Origin: Candidatus Yanofskybacteria bacterium RIFCSPHIGHO2_01_FULL_44_22
Lineage (GTDB): Bacteria; Patescibacteriota; Minisyncoccia; 2-02-FULL-40-12; GWA2-44-9
Assembly: GCA_001794205.1 (NCBI GenBank)
Contig: MGJJ01000019.1
Location: 1,353-65,352, forward strand
DNA: 64,000 bases
Direction of reading: 5' to 3'
Position numbers and translations under genes: made by a program. The notes under the pieces were generated by a model. That model was not told the DNA's origin, made no database searches, and saw nothing but the letters and a program-made list of their open reading frames with translations. Below, piece by piece: positions 43,681-53,400 of this stretch (the stretch's first letter is position 1; each line of letters opens with the position of its first letter).

Positions 43681-44307
43681 ATGAGAATCAATCATGTGAT
43701 AAAAACTTTAGTCATTTCTGATTTTTTGACTAATGCCGGTTTTAGCGTGTTTGCTCCGATAATCGCGGTTTTCGTTACAAAACAAATTGAGGGCGGCTCT
43801 CTTGAAATAATAGGTTTTGCGGCGGCTATTTTCCAGGTTTTTAAATCCGTGCTTCAAATACCGATTTCCAGATTTTTAGACAAAGACCACGGCGAATTTG
43901 ACGATTTTTATTCAATGATTTTTGGAAGTTTATTGATTGCTTCAGTTCCATTTTTATATCTTTTAGCGTCACAACCTATTCATGTTTATTTAATTCAAGC
44001 GGTTTATGGCGCAGGAGCGGCATTTGCCATCCCTCCCTGGTACGCTATTTTTACCCGCCATATTGATAAACTCAAAGAAAACCAAGAATGGTCATTGGAC
44101 TCGATAGCTATTGGCATCGGAGCGGCGACCTCTGCCGCTTTAGGCGGAATTCTGGCGAACCGTTACGGGTTTCAAACAGTTTTTATTATCGGCGGGTTTT
44201 TGGCAGTTCTCGGAGCAATACAGCAAATGAGAATTTATAAAGATTTGCGCGAAAAAGTTGCTCATGACGAAGTAAAACCCCAGCCGGACAAAGTTCCCGG
44301 CAGTTAA
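43681..44307 (+). CDS. Six-TM membrane protein resembling one half of an MFS transporter
   Basis: Hydropathy pattern only. It could be a truncated MFS gene. Confidence 0.35.
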   Translation: MRINHVIKTLVISDFLTNAGFSVFAPIIAVFVTKQIEGGSLEIIGFAAAIFQVFKSVLQIPISRFLDKDHGEFDDFYSMIFGSLLIASVPFLYLLASQPIHVYLIQAVYGAGAAFAIPPWYAIFTRHIDKLKENQEWSLDSIAIGIGAATSAALGGILANRYGFQTVFIIGGFLAVLGAIQQMRIYKDLREKVAHDEVKPQPDKVPGS

Positions 44308-44389
44308 GTTATTCTTTATTTGTCTGATTCTCAAAACTCTTTCTCGGCACGTCCTTTTTGGGGTTAACCGACAGTTATTATTTTAATTA

Positions 44390-46147
44390 ATGAATCAAAA
44401 TCTTGCGAAAATATTGCGTGAGATATCGGTGCTTCTTGAAATAAAAGGAGTCGAATTTAAGCCTCAAGCTTATGAAAAAGTTGCCCATTCGATTGAAATG
44501 CTTGAAGAAGACGTCAAAGATATTTATCAAAAAGGCGGCCTCAAGGCTCTTGAAGAAATTTCTGGTGTCGGCCGGGGGATTGCCGAGAAAATTGAAGAAT
44601 ATATCAAGAACCGCCGCATTAAAGACCATGCATTGTTAAAAAAAGAAATCCCCGTTGACATAGACGAATTATCGACAGTTGAAGGCGTCGGCCCCAAAAT
44701 GATACTTAGGCTGTATGAGGAATTGAAAATAAAAACCCGCGACCAGCTGGAGAAAGCGGCCCGAGCCGGAAAATTACGCGGTCTTGAAGGTTTTGGCCAA
44801 AAAACGGAAGAAAACATTCTGCGAAGTATTGATTTTTTAAAAAAAGAACACGGCCGCTTTATTCTCGGTTTCGTAATGCCGGAGATGCGGGCGATTGTGG
44901 AAAAAATAAGAAAGGTGCCTGGAGTGGAAAGAGCTGAATTTGCAGGTTCAATCAGGCGGATGCAGGAAACCGTAGGCGACCTGGACATTTTGGTTATCTC
45001 TAAAAAACCTTCGTTGGCGATGGATTTTTTTGTTACCATGCCGGAAGTGGCGGCGATTTACGCCAAAGGCAATACTAAATCCTCGGTAAGACTGAAAATG
45101 GGCATGGATGCAGATTTGAGAGTTCTGCCGCCGGAATCTTTCGGCGCCGCTTTGCAGTATTTCACCGGCGATAAATATCACAATGTTCAGCTTCGCCAAA
45201 TTGCCATAAAACAAGGTTATAAGCTGAACGAGTACGGCTTATATAAAGGGAAAAAACTGGTGGCCGGCCGAACCGAAGAAGAAATATACGAAAAATTAGG
45301 GTTGGCCTGGATGCCGCCGGAATTGCGTACCAACGGGGGCGAACTTGTGGCTGCTCTTCGGCCAGTTCGACAAGCTTGTGGCGAGCAAGCTCAAGGTAAA
45401 CCGGATGGATTGCCTAAACTTGTTGAGTACGGCGACCTGATGGGCGATTTGCAGATACAGACCGATTGGACCGACGGAGAAAACTCCATAAGGGAAATGG
45501 CGGAAGCCGCCAAAAAACAGGGTCTGAAATACATTTGCATAACTGACCACACTAAAACGCTTGCTATGACCGGCGGAAGCGATGAAAAAAAATTGTTGCG
45601 CCAGATGGCCGCGATTGACGAAGTCAATCGCAAATTTAAAGGTTCTGGTTTTAAAGTTCTAAAGGGCGCGGAGGTTAATATAATGAAGGACGGGACTTTG
45701 GATATTAATGATGAGACATTGGCCAAGCTTGATGTCGTGGGCGCTTCGGTTCATTCCAATTTTAATATGCCCGAGAAAGACATGACGGCAAGAATAATCA
45801 GAGCGATGGAAAATCCCAATGTGGACATAATTTTTCATCCTACCGGAAGAGTGATAAAAAGACGCGAGGCCTATAAAGTTAATATGGATGAATTGCTAAA
45901 ATCAGCCAAACGCACTAAGACGGTTATGGAAATAGACGCCTTTCCCGACCGGCTGGATTTGAAAGATGAATATATAAGAAAAGCTGTTGAACTTGGCGTA
46001 AAATTAGCCATAGATTCCGACGCCCATTCCGTCGCTCATTTCTCATATCTTGAATTTGGCGTTGCTCAAGCGCGCCGCGGCTGGGCTGAAAAGTCAGATA
46101 TTATTAACACAAGGGACTGGCAAGAAATGCTTAAACAGTTAAAATAA
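44390..46147 (+). CDS. polX: DNA polymerase X family protein with C-terminal PHP phosphoesterase domain
   Basis: N-terminal HhH (NLAKILREISVLLEIKGVEFKPQAYEKVAHSIE). Pol-beta-like nucleotidyltransferase (GSIRRMQETVGDLDILV). PHP domain (ITDHTK...HSNF...DSDAH). Confidence 0.85.
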   Translation: MNQNLAKILREISVLLEIKGVEFKPQAYEKVAHSIEMLEEDVKDIYQKGGLKALEEISGVGRGIAEKIEEYIKNRRIKDHALLKKEIPVDIDELSTVEGVGPKMILRLYEELKIKTRDQLEKAARAGKLRGLEGFGQKTEENILRSIDFLKKEHGRFILGFVMPEMRAIVEKIRKVPGVERAEFAGSIRRMQETVGDLDILVISKKPSLAMDFFVTMPEVAAIYAKGNTKSSVRLKMGMDADLRVLPPESFGAALQYFTGDKYHNVQLRQIAIKQGYKLNEYGLYKGKKLVAGRTEEEIYEKLGLAWMPPELRTNGGELVAALRPVRQACGEQAQGKPDGLPKLVEYGDLMGDLQIQTDWTDGENSIREMAEAAKKQGLKYICITDHTKTLAMTGGSDEKKLLRQMAAIDEVNRKFKGSGFKVLKGAEVNIMKDGTLDINDETLAKLDVVGASVHSNFNMPEKDMTARIIRAMENPNVDIIFHPTGRVIKRREAYKVNMDELLKSAKRTKTVMEIDAFPDRLDLKDEYIRKAVELGVKLAIDSDAHSVAHFSYLEFGVAQARRGWAEKSDIINTRDWQEMLKQLK

Positions 46148-46153
46148 CATCAA

Positions 46154-47287
46154 ATGGCTTATCGAATTTTACTTGCAGGAGGAGGCACGGGCGGGCATGT
46201 TTTTCCTTTAATGGCCGTGGCTGATGCGTTAAAAGAGAAAGCCGGACAGAACGGGGTTGATTTGGAATTATTAGTCATCGGTGGGGGTCAATTTTTTGAA
46301 CAAGCAGCCGTTGAACGGGGATTGGCGTTCAAAGAAATATTGGCCGGCAAATTAAGACGCTATGTCAGCCCGCTTACGATTTTAGATATTCTAAAAATGC
46401 CGGTAGGTTTTTGTCAGTCATTGTGGCATGTTTTTCGATTTATGCCCGACGCAATTCTTGCCAAAGGGGGATATGCTTCTTTGGCGCCGGCTCTTATCGG
46501 CAGACTGTTTTTTATTCCTTTGTTCATTCACGAATCCGATTCCGTGCCCGGTTTAACCAATAAGATATTGGGCAAACTTGCCAAGACGGTTTTCGTTTCT
46601 TTTCAATCAACGGAAAAATATTTCAAAGTCGGCAAAGCGGTTTTAACCGGCAATCCCGTCAGAAAAGAAGTCTTGGGCGGCAATCATGAAGAAGGATTGA
46701 ATTTTTTCAAACTAAAACCGGAAATGAAGACGGTTCTAATTTTGGGCGGCAGCCAAGGCGCCCAAACCGTCAACAGGATAATTTTTGATTCATTGGTAAT
46801 GTTGACGAAAAATTTTCAAATTATTCACCAATGCGGCGCCGGCCAAGAGCAGTCGGTAAGAACGGAAACGGAAAAAATCATCAAGGAGGGCGAGGGCAAA
46901 TATGCCGATGCCATTCGCTCTAATTATCGGCTGTTTCCTTTTCTTGAAGCCGAACAAATAAAATCGGCTTATGCGGCCTGCGATGTCGTGATTTCGCGGG
47001 CCGGCGCCGGTTCAATATTTGAAATTGCCGCAGTCGGCAAACCGGCGATTCTTATTCCGATTGCCAATTCCAGCTCCGACCACCAATTGGCCAATGCTCG
47101 GGAATTTTCCGCCTTCGGCGCGGTGGTTGTGGAAGAAGACAATTTGACGCCGCATATTTTGCTCAATCAAGCTCAGTCGCTGCTCGAAGATGGAAATTAC
47201 AAAAAAATCAGTGAGAAGATTAAAAGTTTTGCCAAACCCGATGCGGCTGTTCAAATCACCAAAATGATGCTATCACACATAACGTAA
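46154..47287 (+). CDS. murG: Undecaprenyldiphospho-muramoylpentapeptide beta-N-acetylglucosaminyltransferase MurG
   Basis: ILLAGGGTGGHVFPLMAVADAL G-loop. GT28 C-terminal domain (ILGGSQGAQ). Confidence 0.9.
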   Translation: MAYRILLAGGGTGGHVFPLMAVADALKEKAGQNGVDLELLVIGGGQFFEQAAVERGLAFKEILAGKLRRYVSPLTILDILKMPVGFCQSLWHVFRFMPDAILAKGGYASLAPALIGRLFFIPLFIHESDSVPGLTNKILGKLAKTVFVSFQSTEKYFKVGKAVLTGNPVRKEVLGGNHEEGLNFFKLKPEMKTVLILGGSQGAQTVNRIIFDSLVMLTKNFQIIHQCGAGQEQSVRTETEKIIKEGEGKYADAIRSNYRLFPFLEAEQIKSAYAACDVVISRAGAGSIFEIAAVGKPAILIPIANSSSDHQLANAREFSAFGAVVVEEDNLTPHILLNQAQSLLEDGNYKKISEKIKSFAKPDAAVQITKMMLSHIT

Positions 47288-47314
47288 TATTCTTAATTCT
47301 AAATTCTTTTCATA

Positions 47315-48151
47315 ATGTGGTCGGCCATCGGACACGAGAAAAACAAAAAATATTTTGAAAATATCATTAACAATGGTTTTTTGTCGCACGCTTATCTTTT
47401 TACCGGCCAAGAAATGACCGGAAAGAAGAAATTTGCCGAAGATTTATGCGCTGCCCTAAACAATCGGCCGAATTCAAATAATCCGGATTTCAAAGGGGTT
47501 TATCCGCGTTTTTCCGAAGGGGAAACAAAAATTTACATTGAAGACATGCGAGAGATAAAATCTTTCTTGTCTTTGAGGCCCTATTACGGTCCGTATAAAT
47601 TCGTTTTGATTGACGATGCCGACCGGCTTACCGATGAGGCCGCCAACGCGTTTTTGAAAACACTGGAAGAACCACTCGGCAATTCTATTTTGTTTTTGAT
47701 AACTTCAAAACCGGATTCCCTTTTGCCGACTATATCGTCTCGCTGTCAGCCGGTCAGATTTTTTCCGCAGACCGACAAGCAAATTGCCGATTTTATCTCC
47801 GCCAATTATGAACTTAACGGAAACGATGCCGATTTTGTCCGTAAGCTGGCCGGAGGCCGCCTTGGCTGGATAAAGAATGTTCTGGGCGGCGGCAACCTGG
47901 AAACAATCAAAAAAAACATAGACGATTTTCAAAAAATTTTAAAACAGGGGATTTTTGAAAAAATCCAGTTTGCCAAGAAAATTCACGAGAACGGGAATTA
48001 TGTTGCCTTGGCCGGTCAGTGGCTTGATTGGGCTTATTCGTTTGGCGCCGGCAAGAAAACGCTTAGGGGACTTTTAAAATTAAACCGTTTTCTCTCCCAG
48101 CCCCAATTCAATCATCGCCTCGTGTTGGAAAATTTCTTGGTGAATATATAA
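47315..48151 (+). CDS. holB: DNA polymerase III delta-prime subunit-like clamp-loader protein
   Basis: HAYLFTGQEMTGKKKFAEDLCAAL P-loop-like region plus the SRC motif context (ISSRCQPVRF). Confidence 0.7.
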   Translation: MWSAIGHEKNKKYFENIINNGFLSHAYLFTGQEMTGKKKFAEDLCAALNNRPNSNNPDFKGVYPRFSEGETKIYIEDMREIKSFLSLRPYYGPYKFVLIDDADRLTDEAANAFLKTLEEPLGNSILFLITSKPDSLLPTISSRCQPVRFFPQTDKQIADFISANYELNGNDADFVRKLAGGRLGWIKNVLGGGNLETIKKNIDDFQKILKQGIFEKIQFAKKIHENGNYVALAGQWLDWAYSFGAGKKTLRGLLKLNRFLSQPQFNHRLVLENFLVNI

Positions 48152-48197
48152 TTATTACAGTTATTACAGGTCCGACCTGTAATAGAGACCTGTAATA
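48152..48197. promoter_or_regulatory. Operator-like repeat array: 2x TTATTACAG, then 21-nt palindrome attacaggtc-c-gacctgtaat, then 2x GACCTGTAATAGA
   Basis: Read directly. It sits between holB and a small basic ORF, with a candidate promoter TTGCGT...TATCCA downstream. Confidence 0.5.
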
Positions 48198-48275
48198 GAC
48201 AGAAAAATTTGCGTTTTTATCCATTATTGGTTACACTGGTGATTAATTCGTTGTTTGTCAAAAAGGAGATTAATT

Positions 48276-48440
48276 GTGAATAAGAAAAGTATCACAAGAA
48301 ATATCAAAAAAACGAAAAATCTCGGAAAAACGCTGAAACAAAAAGACCTTAAAGTTATAATAGAATTAGTCAGGCGGGTCGTTGAATTCAAGAAATTGCA
48401 GAAGGAATTGAGGCAGGCAGGCAAAAAGCCGAAAACATAG
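48276..48440 (+). CDS. Small basic hypothetical protein (54 aa, Lys/Arg-rich)
   Basis: GTG start 7 nt downstream of a strong SD (AAGGAG). No family recognised. Confidence 0.45.
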   Translation: MNKKSITRNIKKTKNLGKTLKQKDLKVIIELVRRVVEFKKLQKELRQAGKKPKT

Positions 48441-48518
48441 TATCCCGAAGGGGATATTTTTTATTCAGTTATCTATTGCCCATTAGCCATCGGTGTTTTT
48501 TTATGCTACCCTATCATC

Positions 48519-49076
48519 ATGGCTTATAAAGATTTAATCAACCGGCGAAAAAAAGATTTTGACGGTGTTTTAGAATTCGCCAAAAATGAAGCGGCGGGGA
48601 TAAGGACCAGCCGGGCCAGCTCATCATTGGTTGAAGACATTCAGGTTGATTATCTCGGTTCGCGGTTAAAAATTAAGGAATTGGCCGCGATAAACATTCC
48701 CGAACCGCGGTCAATTTTAATCCAGCCGTGGGACAAGGGTGCCATTCCGGCAATAGAAAAAGGAATCAGAGATAGCTCATTGGGTTTAAATCCCATTATT
48801 GATTCCGGCGGCATCAGATTAAATTTGCCGATGCTTACCGAGGAAAGACGGCAGGAATTCATAAAGCTGTTGAAACAGAAAATGGAGGAAGCCCGGATTA
48901 AAATCCGTCAAATCAGGGAAGATATTCTGAAAAAGGTTCAATCGGAAATCCGCGAGAAAAAAGCCGCCGAAGACGATGTTTTCCGGGCCAAAGACGAGTT
49001 GCAGAAAATCATTGATGACTTAAATAAAAAAATAGACGAACTGTTCAAGAAAAAAGAACAAGAGTTGCTTCAGTAA
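48519..49076 (+). CDS. frr: Ribosome recycling factor
   Basis: 185 aa. MAYKDLINRRKKDFDGVLEF...IPEPRSILIQPWDKGAIPAIEKGIRDSSLGLNP is typical of RRF. Confidence 0.9.
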   Translation: MAYKDLINRRKKDFDGVLEFAKNEAAGIRTSRASSSLVEDIQVDYLGSRLKIKELAAINIPEPRSILIQPWDKGAIPAIEKGIRDSSLGLNPIIDSGGIRLNLPMLTEERRQEFIKLLKQKMEEARIKIRQIREDILKKVQSEIREKKAAEDDVFRAKDELQKIIDDLNKKIDELFKKKEQELLQ

Positions 49077-50161
49077 TGATTACCGCTGTTATTTTCATAA
49101 TCGTCATAAGTATTCTGATTTTTGTCCACGAGTTTGGGCATTTTCTTTTTGCCAAAAGAGCCGGAATGAGAGTAGAGGAATTCGGATTCGGTTTTCCGCC
49201 CCGGCTGTTTGGAATTAAAAAAGGCGGAACCGTTTATTCCATAAATCTGATTCCGTTCGGAGGATTCGTAAAAATTTTGGGCGAGGGCGGAGAACGGGCG
49301 GATGACCCGGAAAGTTTTGCCGCCAAGCCGATTCGGTCGCGTTTGGCCGTCGTGGTTGCCGGCGTGACGATGAATTTTCTTTTGGCCGCCGTCCTTTTGA
49401 TGTTCGGCAATTTTCTGGGCTTGAGAATCGGTCTTATTGACGGCCTGTTTGCCGCCGATAAAGTCAGCGATAAGAAAATCCAGATAATTCAAATTGCCCA
49501 GAACAGTCCGGCTCAAAAGGCCGACCTTCGCTTGCTTGACGAAATCACCGGCTTTAAAAAAGACGGCGCCGCCGGCCCATTTTCTTCGGTAAAAGAAGTT
49601 CAGGATTTCGTTTCAGCCAGCGCCGGCGGCCGGGCAGTTCTTCTGCTCAAGCGCGGCGGACAGATTCTGGAAAAAGAAATTGAACCACGGGCCAATCCTC
49701 CGGAAGGAGAAGGGGCTTTGGGTATTTCTTTGGCCATGACCGGCGTCGTGTCCTATCCCTGGTATGAATCGGTCTGGCGGGGGATTTACGATGCGGTGAT
49801 ACTTACCTTGAATACGGCGCTTGGGTATTGGTCTTTAATTAAAAACTTGTTGTTCAACGGCAAGTTGATGGCTGACGTTTCGGGGCCGCTCGGCATTGCT
49901 TCGCTGACCGGCCAGGCCGCCAGAATAGGCTTTAATTATTTGCTCCAGTTTGTCGCCATGATTTCCGTTAATTTAGCCGTTTTGAATCTTATTCCGTTTC
50001 CGGCGCTGGACGGCGGCCGGGCTTTGTTTTTGATTTTAGAAAAAATAAAAGGTACGGCCCTTAACCGGAAAATTGAAAATATGGCTAACGCAATCGGTTT
50101 CACCCTTTTGATTGCCTTAATGATTTATGTGACAATTAAAGACATAATCAGGTTTTTATAA
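49076..50161 (+). CDS. rseP: RIP zinc metalloprotease RseP (site-2 protease, M50)
   Basis: HEFGH in the first TM. PDZ-like middle segment. LDGG motif in the C-terminal TM (NLIPFPALDGGRALF). Confidence 0.85.
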   Translation: MITAVIFIIVISILIFVHEFGHFLFAKRAGMRVEEFGFGFPPRLFGIKKGGTVYSINLIPFGGFVKILGEGGERADDPESFAAKPIRSRLAVVVAGVTMNFLLAAVLLMFGNFLGLRIGLIDGLFAADKVSDKKIQIIQIAQNSPAQKADLRLLDEITGFKKDGAAGPFSSVKEVQDFVSASAGGRAVLLLKRGGQILEKEIEPRANPPEGEGALGISLAMTGVVSYPWYESVWRGIYDAVILTLNTALGYWSLIKNLLFNGKLMADVSGPLGIASLTGQAARIGFNYLLQFVAMISVNLAVLNLIPFPALDGGRALFLILEKIKGTALNRKIENMANAIGFTLLIALMIYVTIKDIIRFL

Positions 50162-50163
50162 AA

Positions 50164-51459
50164 ATGCGTTTTTCCGGTCTTTTCACCAAAACACTGCGCG
50201 AAATTCCCGCCGAGGAAACGGCAAAAAACGCCCAACTTTTGTTGCGGGGAGGTTTTGTGTTTAAAAACTCCGCCGGCGTTTATTCTTTTCTGCCTTTAGG
50301 CTGGCGGGTGATGTCCAAGGTCATCAAAATTATCCGAGAAGAAATGAATGCCATCGGCGGACAAGAAATGTTTATGCCGGCTCTGGTGGAGAAAAAATAT
50401 TTGGAAGCGACCAATCGCTGGAATCTTGATGTCGGATTTGATGTAGTAACCAAAAAGAATCCGGATGCCGATTCGACGGGCTCACGGCAAGCCGGTTTTG
50501 CTCTCGGTTGGACGCATGAAGAAGTTTTAACGGCCATTGCTTCCAAATACGTCAGTTCTTACAAAGACCTGCCTTTTGCCGCTTATCAGCTTCAAACGAA
50601 ATTCAGGAACGAAGCGCGGGCCAAATCCGGCCTTTTGCGCGGTCGGGAGTTTATGATGAAAGATTTGTACAGTTTTCACGCCGATGAAAAAGACCTGTTT
50701 GATTACTACGAAAAGGTCAAAGAAGCTTATATGAAGATTTTTGAACGCTGCCATCTGCGGGCGATTTATACCGTAGCCGGCGGCGGAGCCTTTACCATAA
50801 GCAATACCCACGAGTTTCAAATTTTGTCGGATGTGGGCGAAGACACGATTTTAATCTGCTCCCAATGCGAGTATGCCGAAAATAGCGAGATTACAAAATT
50901 AAAAGAGAAAGACGAATGTCCAAAATGTGGCGGCGGCATGTTTGAAGCAAAGGCGATTGAGGCGGGAAATATTTTTCCCTTGGGAACCAAATATTCCGAA
51001 GCGATGGATTTGAAGTTTGTTGATGAAAAAGGAGAAAAGAAATATGTCGTAATGGGTTCTTATGGTATCGGCGTGAGCCGTTTGATGGCAGTGATAGCGG
51101 AAATCCACAATGACGAGAAGGGCATTATCTGGCCGGAAAATGTTGCTCCGTTCAACGCCCACTTGATAACATTATTTGGCAAAGATAATGACTTTCAAGA
51201 AGATGTTAAGAAGAAAGCCGAAAAACTTTATGAAGATTTAAATAAAAACGGCATAGAAGTTTTATTTGATGACCGGAAAGACAAAAGTCCGGGAGAAAAA
51301 TTAGCTGATGCAGATTTAATTGGCTGCCCGTACAGATTAATAGTCAGTCCAAATACCATAAGTGCGGCTTTATGCGAAGTGAAAAAACGCGCGAATAAAA
51401 AACCGGAGAAGCTCTCAGATTTTCAAAACGTCGAACAATTAATAAAATATATGAAGTAA
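50164..51459 (+). CDS. proS: Prolyl-tRNA synthetase, short form without editing insertion
   Basis: MRFSGLFTKTLREIPAEETAKNAQLLLRGGFV start. Class II motifs. C-terminal anticodon-binding domain. 431 aa. Confidence 0.9.
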   Translation: MRFSGLFTKTLREIPAEETAKNAQLLLRGGFVFKNSAGVYSFLPLGWRVMSKVIKIIREEMNAIGGQEMFMPALVEKKYLEATNRWNLDVGFDVVTKKNPDADSTGSRQAGFALGWTHEEVLTAIASKYVSSYKDLPFAAYQLQTKFRNEARAKSGLLRGREFMMKDLYSFHADEKDLFDYYEKVKEAYMKIFERCHLRAIYTVAGGGAFTISNTHEFQILSDVGEDTILICSQCEYAENSEITKLKEKDECPKCGGGMFEAKAIEAGNIFPLGTKYSEAMDLKFVDEKGEKKYVVMGSYGIGVSRLMAVIAEIHNDEKGIIWPENVAPFNAHLITLFGKDNDFQEDVKKKAEKLYEDLNKNGIEVLFDDRKDKSPGEKLADADLIGCPYRLIVSPNTISAALCEVKKRANKKPEKLSDFQNVEQLIKYMK

Positions 51460-51535
51460 ATCAAAAATCCCCTCAGGGGATTTTTGATTGTTGACAATGA
51501 TTTTGCTATGTTAGTATATCAATTAGTATATCAAT

Positions 51536-52585
51536 ATGTTTAATAAATTTTTCGGTTTTTGGTCAAAAGACATAGGAATTGATTTGGGTACGGCAAACAC
51601 CCTTGTTTATGTTCGCGGCAAAGGAATAGTCATCAATGAGCCGTCCATAGTCGCCGTTAACCAAAAAACCGGCAAAATTTTAGCAATCGGAAAAGAAGCC
51701 AAAGCGATGGTCGGCCGCACCCCGGGTTATATCGCCATTTTCCGCCCTCTTGTTTCCGGCGTTGTTTCTGATTTCGAAGTGACCGAACAGATGCTCAAAT
51801 ATTTTATCGATAAAGTTCATCAGGACGGTTTTGCCCTTATTCCCCGGCCGCGGGTGGTGATAGGCGTGCCGTCGGGCGTGACGGAAGTGGAGAAAAGAGC
51901 GGTGGAAGACGCGGCTTACAATGCCGGCGCGCGGGAGGTATATCTTATAGAAGAGCCGATGGCGGCGGCAATCGGAGCTCGTTTGCCGGTGCATGAAGCG
52001 GTGGCCAACGTCATCGTGGATATCGGCGGGGGCACGACTGAAGTGGCGGTAATCTCAATGGGCGGGGTAATCGCTTCACGGTCTTTGCGGATTGCCGGCG
52101 ACAAACTTAACGAAGACATTCTGCGCTATATGCGGGAAGAAAAAAAATTATTAATCGGCGAAGCCACTGCCGAGCAGCTTAAATGTTCTCTTGGTTCGGC
52201 GTTTGCTTTGGACGAAGAACTTGAGGGCCGTGTTCGGGGGCGGGATTTGATTTCCGGTCTGCCAAAAGAAATGACGGTGTCTTCCGAAGAATTGCGGGAA
52301 GCGATGGAAAGGTCGGTCGGCGCCATAGTTTTAGCCGTTAAAAACACTATCGAAGAAACTCCGCCGGAACTTACGGCCGACCTGTTCAATAGACACATTT
52401 TTCTTGCCGGCGGGGGAGCGCTGTTGAGGGGACTGGATAAACATATCGCCGAAGAAACCAAATTATTCGTTAAAATTGTCGATGACCCCTTGGCGGCGGT
52501 GGCGCGAGGCTGCGGTTTTGTCCTTGAAAATGTCGGTCAATTAAAGTCGGTTCTTGTTTCAACCCAAAAAGACGAATTCATATGA
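51536..52585 (+). CDS. mreB: Rod shape-determining protein MreB
   Basis: DIGIDLGTANTLVYVRGKGIVINEPSIVAV phosphate-1 motif. Actin fold throughout. Confidence 0.95.
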   Translation: MFNKFFGFWSKDIGIDLGTANTLVYVRGKGIVINEPSIVAVNQKTGKILAIGKEAKAMVGRTPGYIAIFRPLVSGVVSDFEVTEQMLKYFIDKVHQDGFALIPRPRVVIGVPSGVTEVEKRAVEDAAYNAGAREVYLIEEPMAAAIGARLPVHEAVANVIVDIGGGTTEVAVISMGGVIASRSLRIAGDKLNEDILRYMREEKKLLIGEATAEQLKCSLGSAFALDEELEGRVRGRDLISGLPKEMTVSSEELREAMERSVGAIVLAVKNTIEETPPELTADLFNRHIFLAGGGALLRGLDKHIAEETKLFVKIVDDPLAAVARGCGFVLENVGQLKSVLVSTQKDEFI

Positions 52586-53400
52586 GTCGTTTTTCCGCCG
52601 GAAACCAAACTTTTTTTTATTTGTTTGCAACTGCAACGGCAGTTATTTTTTTAATCAAATTTATTTTCGGCGGATATGATTTTTTGTATCCTGATTTCGC
52701 AGAGGGATATTTTTCGGCGGCTTGGAGCAAGCTGGAAATTTTTAAAAAAATTTCAACCGAAGCTCTGAAATGGCGGGAACTGGCAAATGAAAACGAAGAA
52801 TTGCGGAAACAAAATAAAGAATTGACGCAAAAAACGACGTTAGCCGGCGCGCTGGAAGAGGAAAATAAATTTTTAAGGCGGACGGTCGGGATAACCGCTA
52901 AAATTCCGGGCCGGTTTGTTTTGGGCGGCATATATAATTTAAACTTAACCCCGTCGGATTATAATGTTTTGCTGAATCGGGGTTCAAAAAACGGGGTTTC
53001 GGAAGGCGATATTGTTATTACGGCTGAAGGAATTTTAGTGGGACAAGTAAAACAAGTTTTTGGCGCTTTCTCAAAACTTTTGTTTATCACCGACCCAGCT
53101 TTTAAAATAAGCGGAAAGATTTCCCGTTCGACCAACTCACGGCAAGCCGGCTCTGAAACTAAGGGGCTGGTTAAGGGCCGGCTCAATGAGGAGCTTTATT
53201 TTGACCTTATAACCAGAAAGGATACCGTAAAAGAAGGCGATTTGGTGGTTTCTTCCGGCGATGACACGTTCCCGCCGGCGTTAATTATCGGAACGGTTTC
53301 TTTCGTTGCGGCAAATGAAACCGGAGTTTTTCAAACCGTTAAAATCAGGCCCGCGGTGAATGGAGAGTCATTAGCCAAAATTTTGATAATGATGAGATGA
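52582..53400 (+). CDS. mreC: Rod shape-determining protein MreC
   Basis: N-terminal TM, coiled-coil (ELANENEELRKQNKELTQK), beta-rich periplasmic domain. Overlaps the mreB stop. Confidence 0.8.
   Translation: MSRFSAGNQTFFYLFATATAVIFLIKFIFGGYDFLYPDFAEGYFSAAWSKLEIFKKISTEALKWRELANENEELRKQNKELTQKTTLAGALEEENKFLRRTVGITAKIPGRFVLGGIYNLNLTPSDYNVLLNRGSKNGVSEGDIVITAEGILVGQVKQVFGAFSKLLFITDPAFKISGKISRSTNSRQAGSETKGLVKGRLNEELYFDLITRKDTVKEGDLVVSSGDDTFPPALIIGTVSFVAANETGVFQTVKIRPAVNGESLAKILIMMR
53125..53150 (+). repeat. Single copy of the 24-nt coding repeat unit (cgttcgaccaactcacggcaagccgg; STNSRQAG) also found in tandem at 60107-60189
   Basis: Read directly. It lies within mreC. Confidence 0.8.

Noticed and set aside
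43681-44307. Calling the six-TM protein a truncated MFS pseudogene
   Set aside because: There is no recognisable remnant of a second half downstream in any frame (noncoding gap 44308-44389, then polX). Six-TM half-MFS-like proteins exist as genuine genes, and the evidence is insufficient either way.
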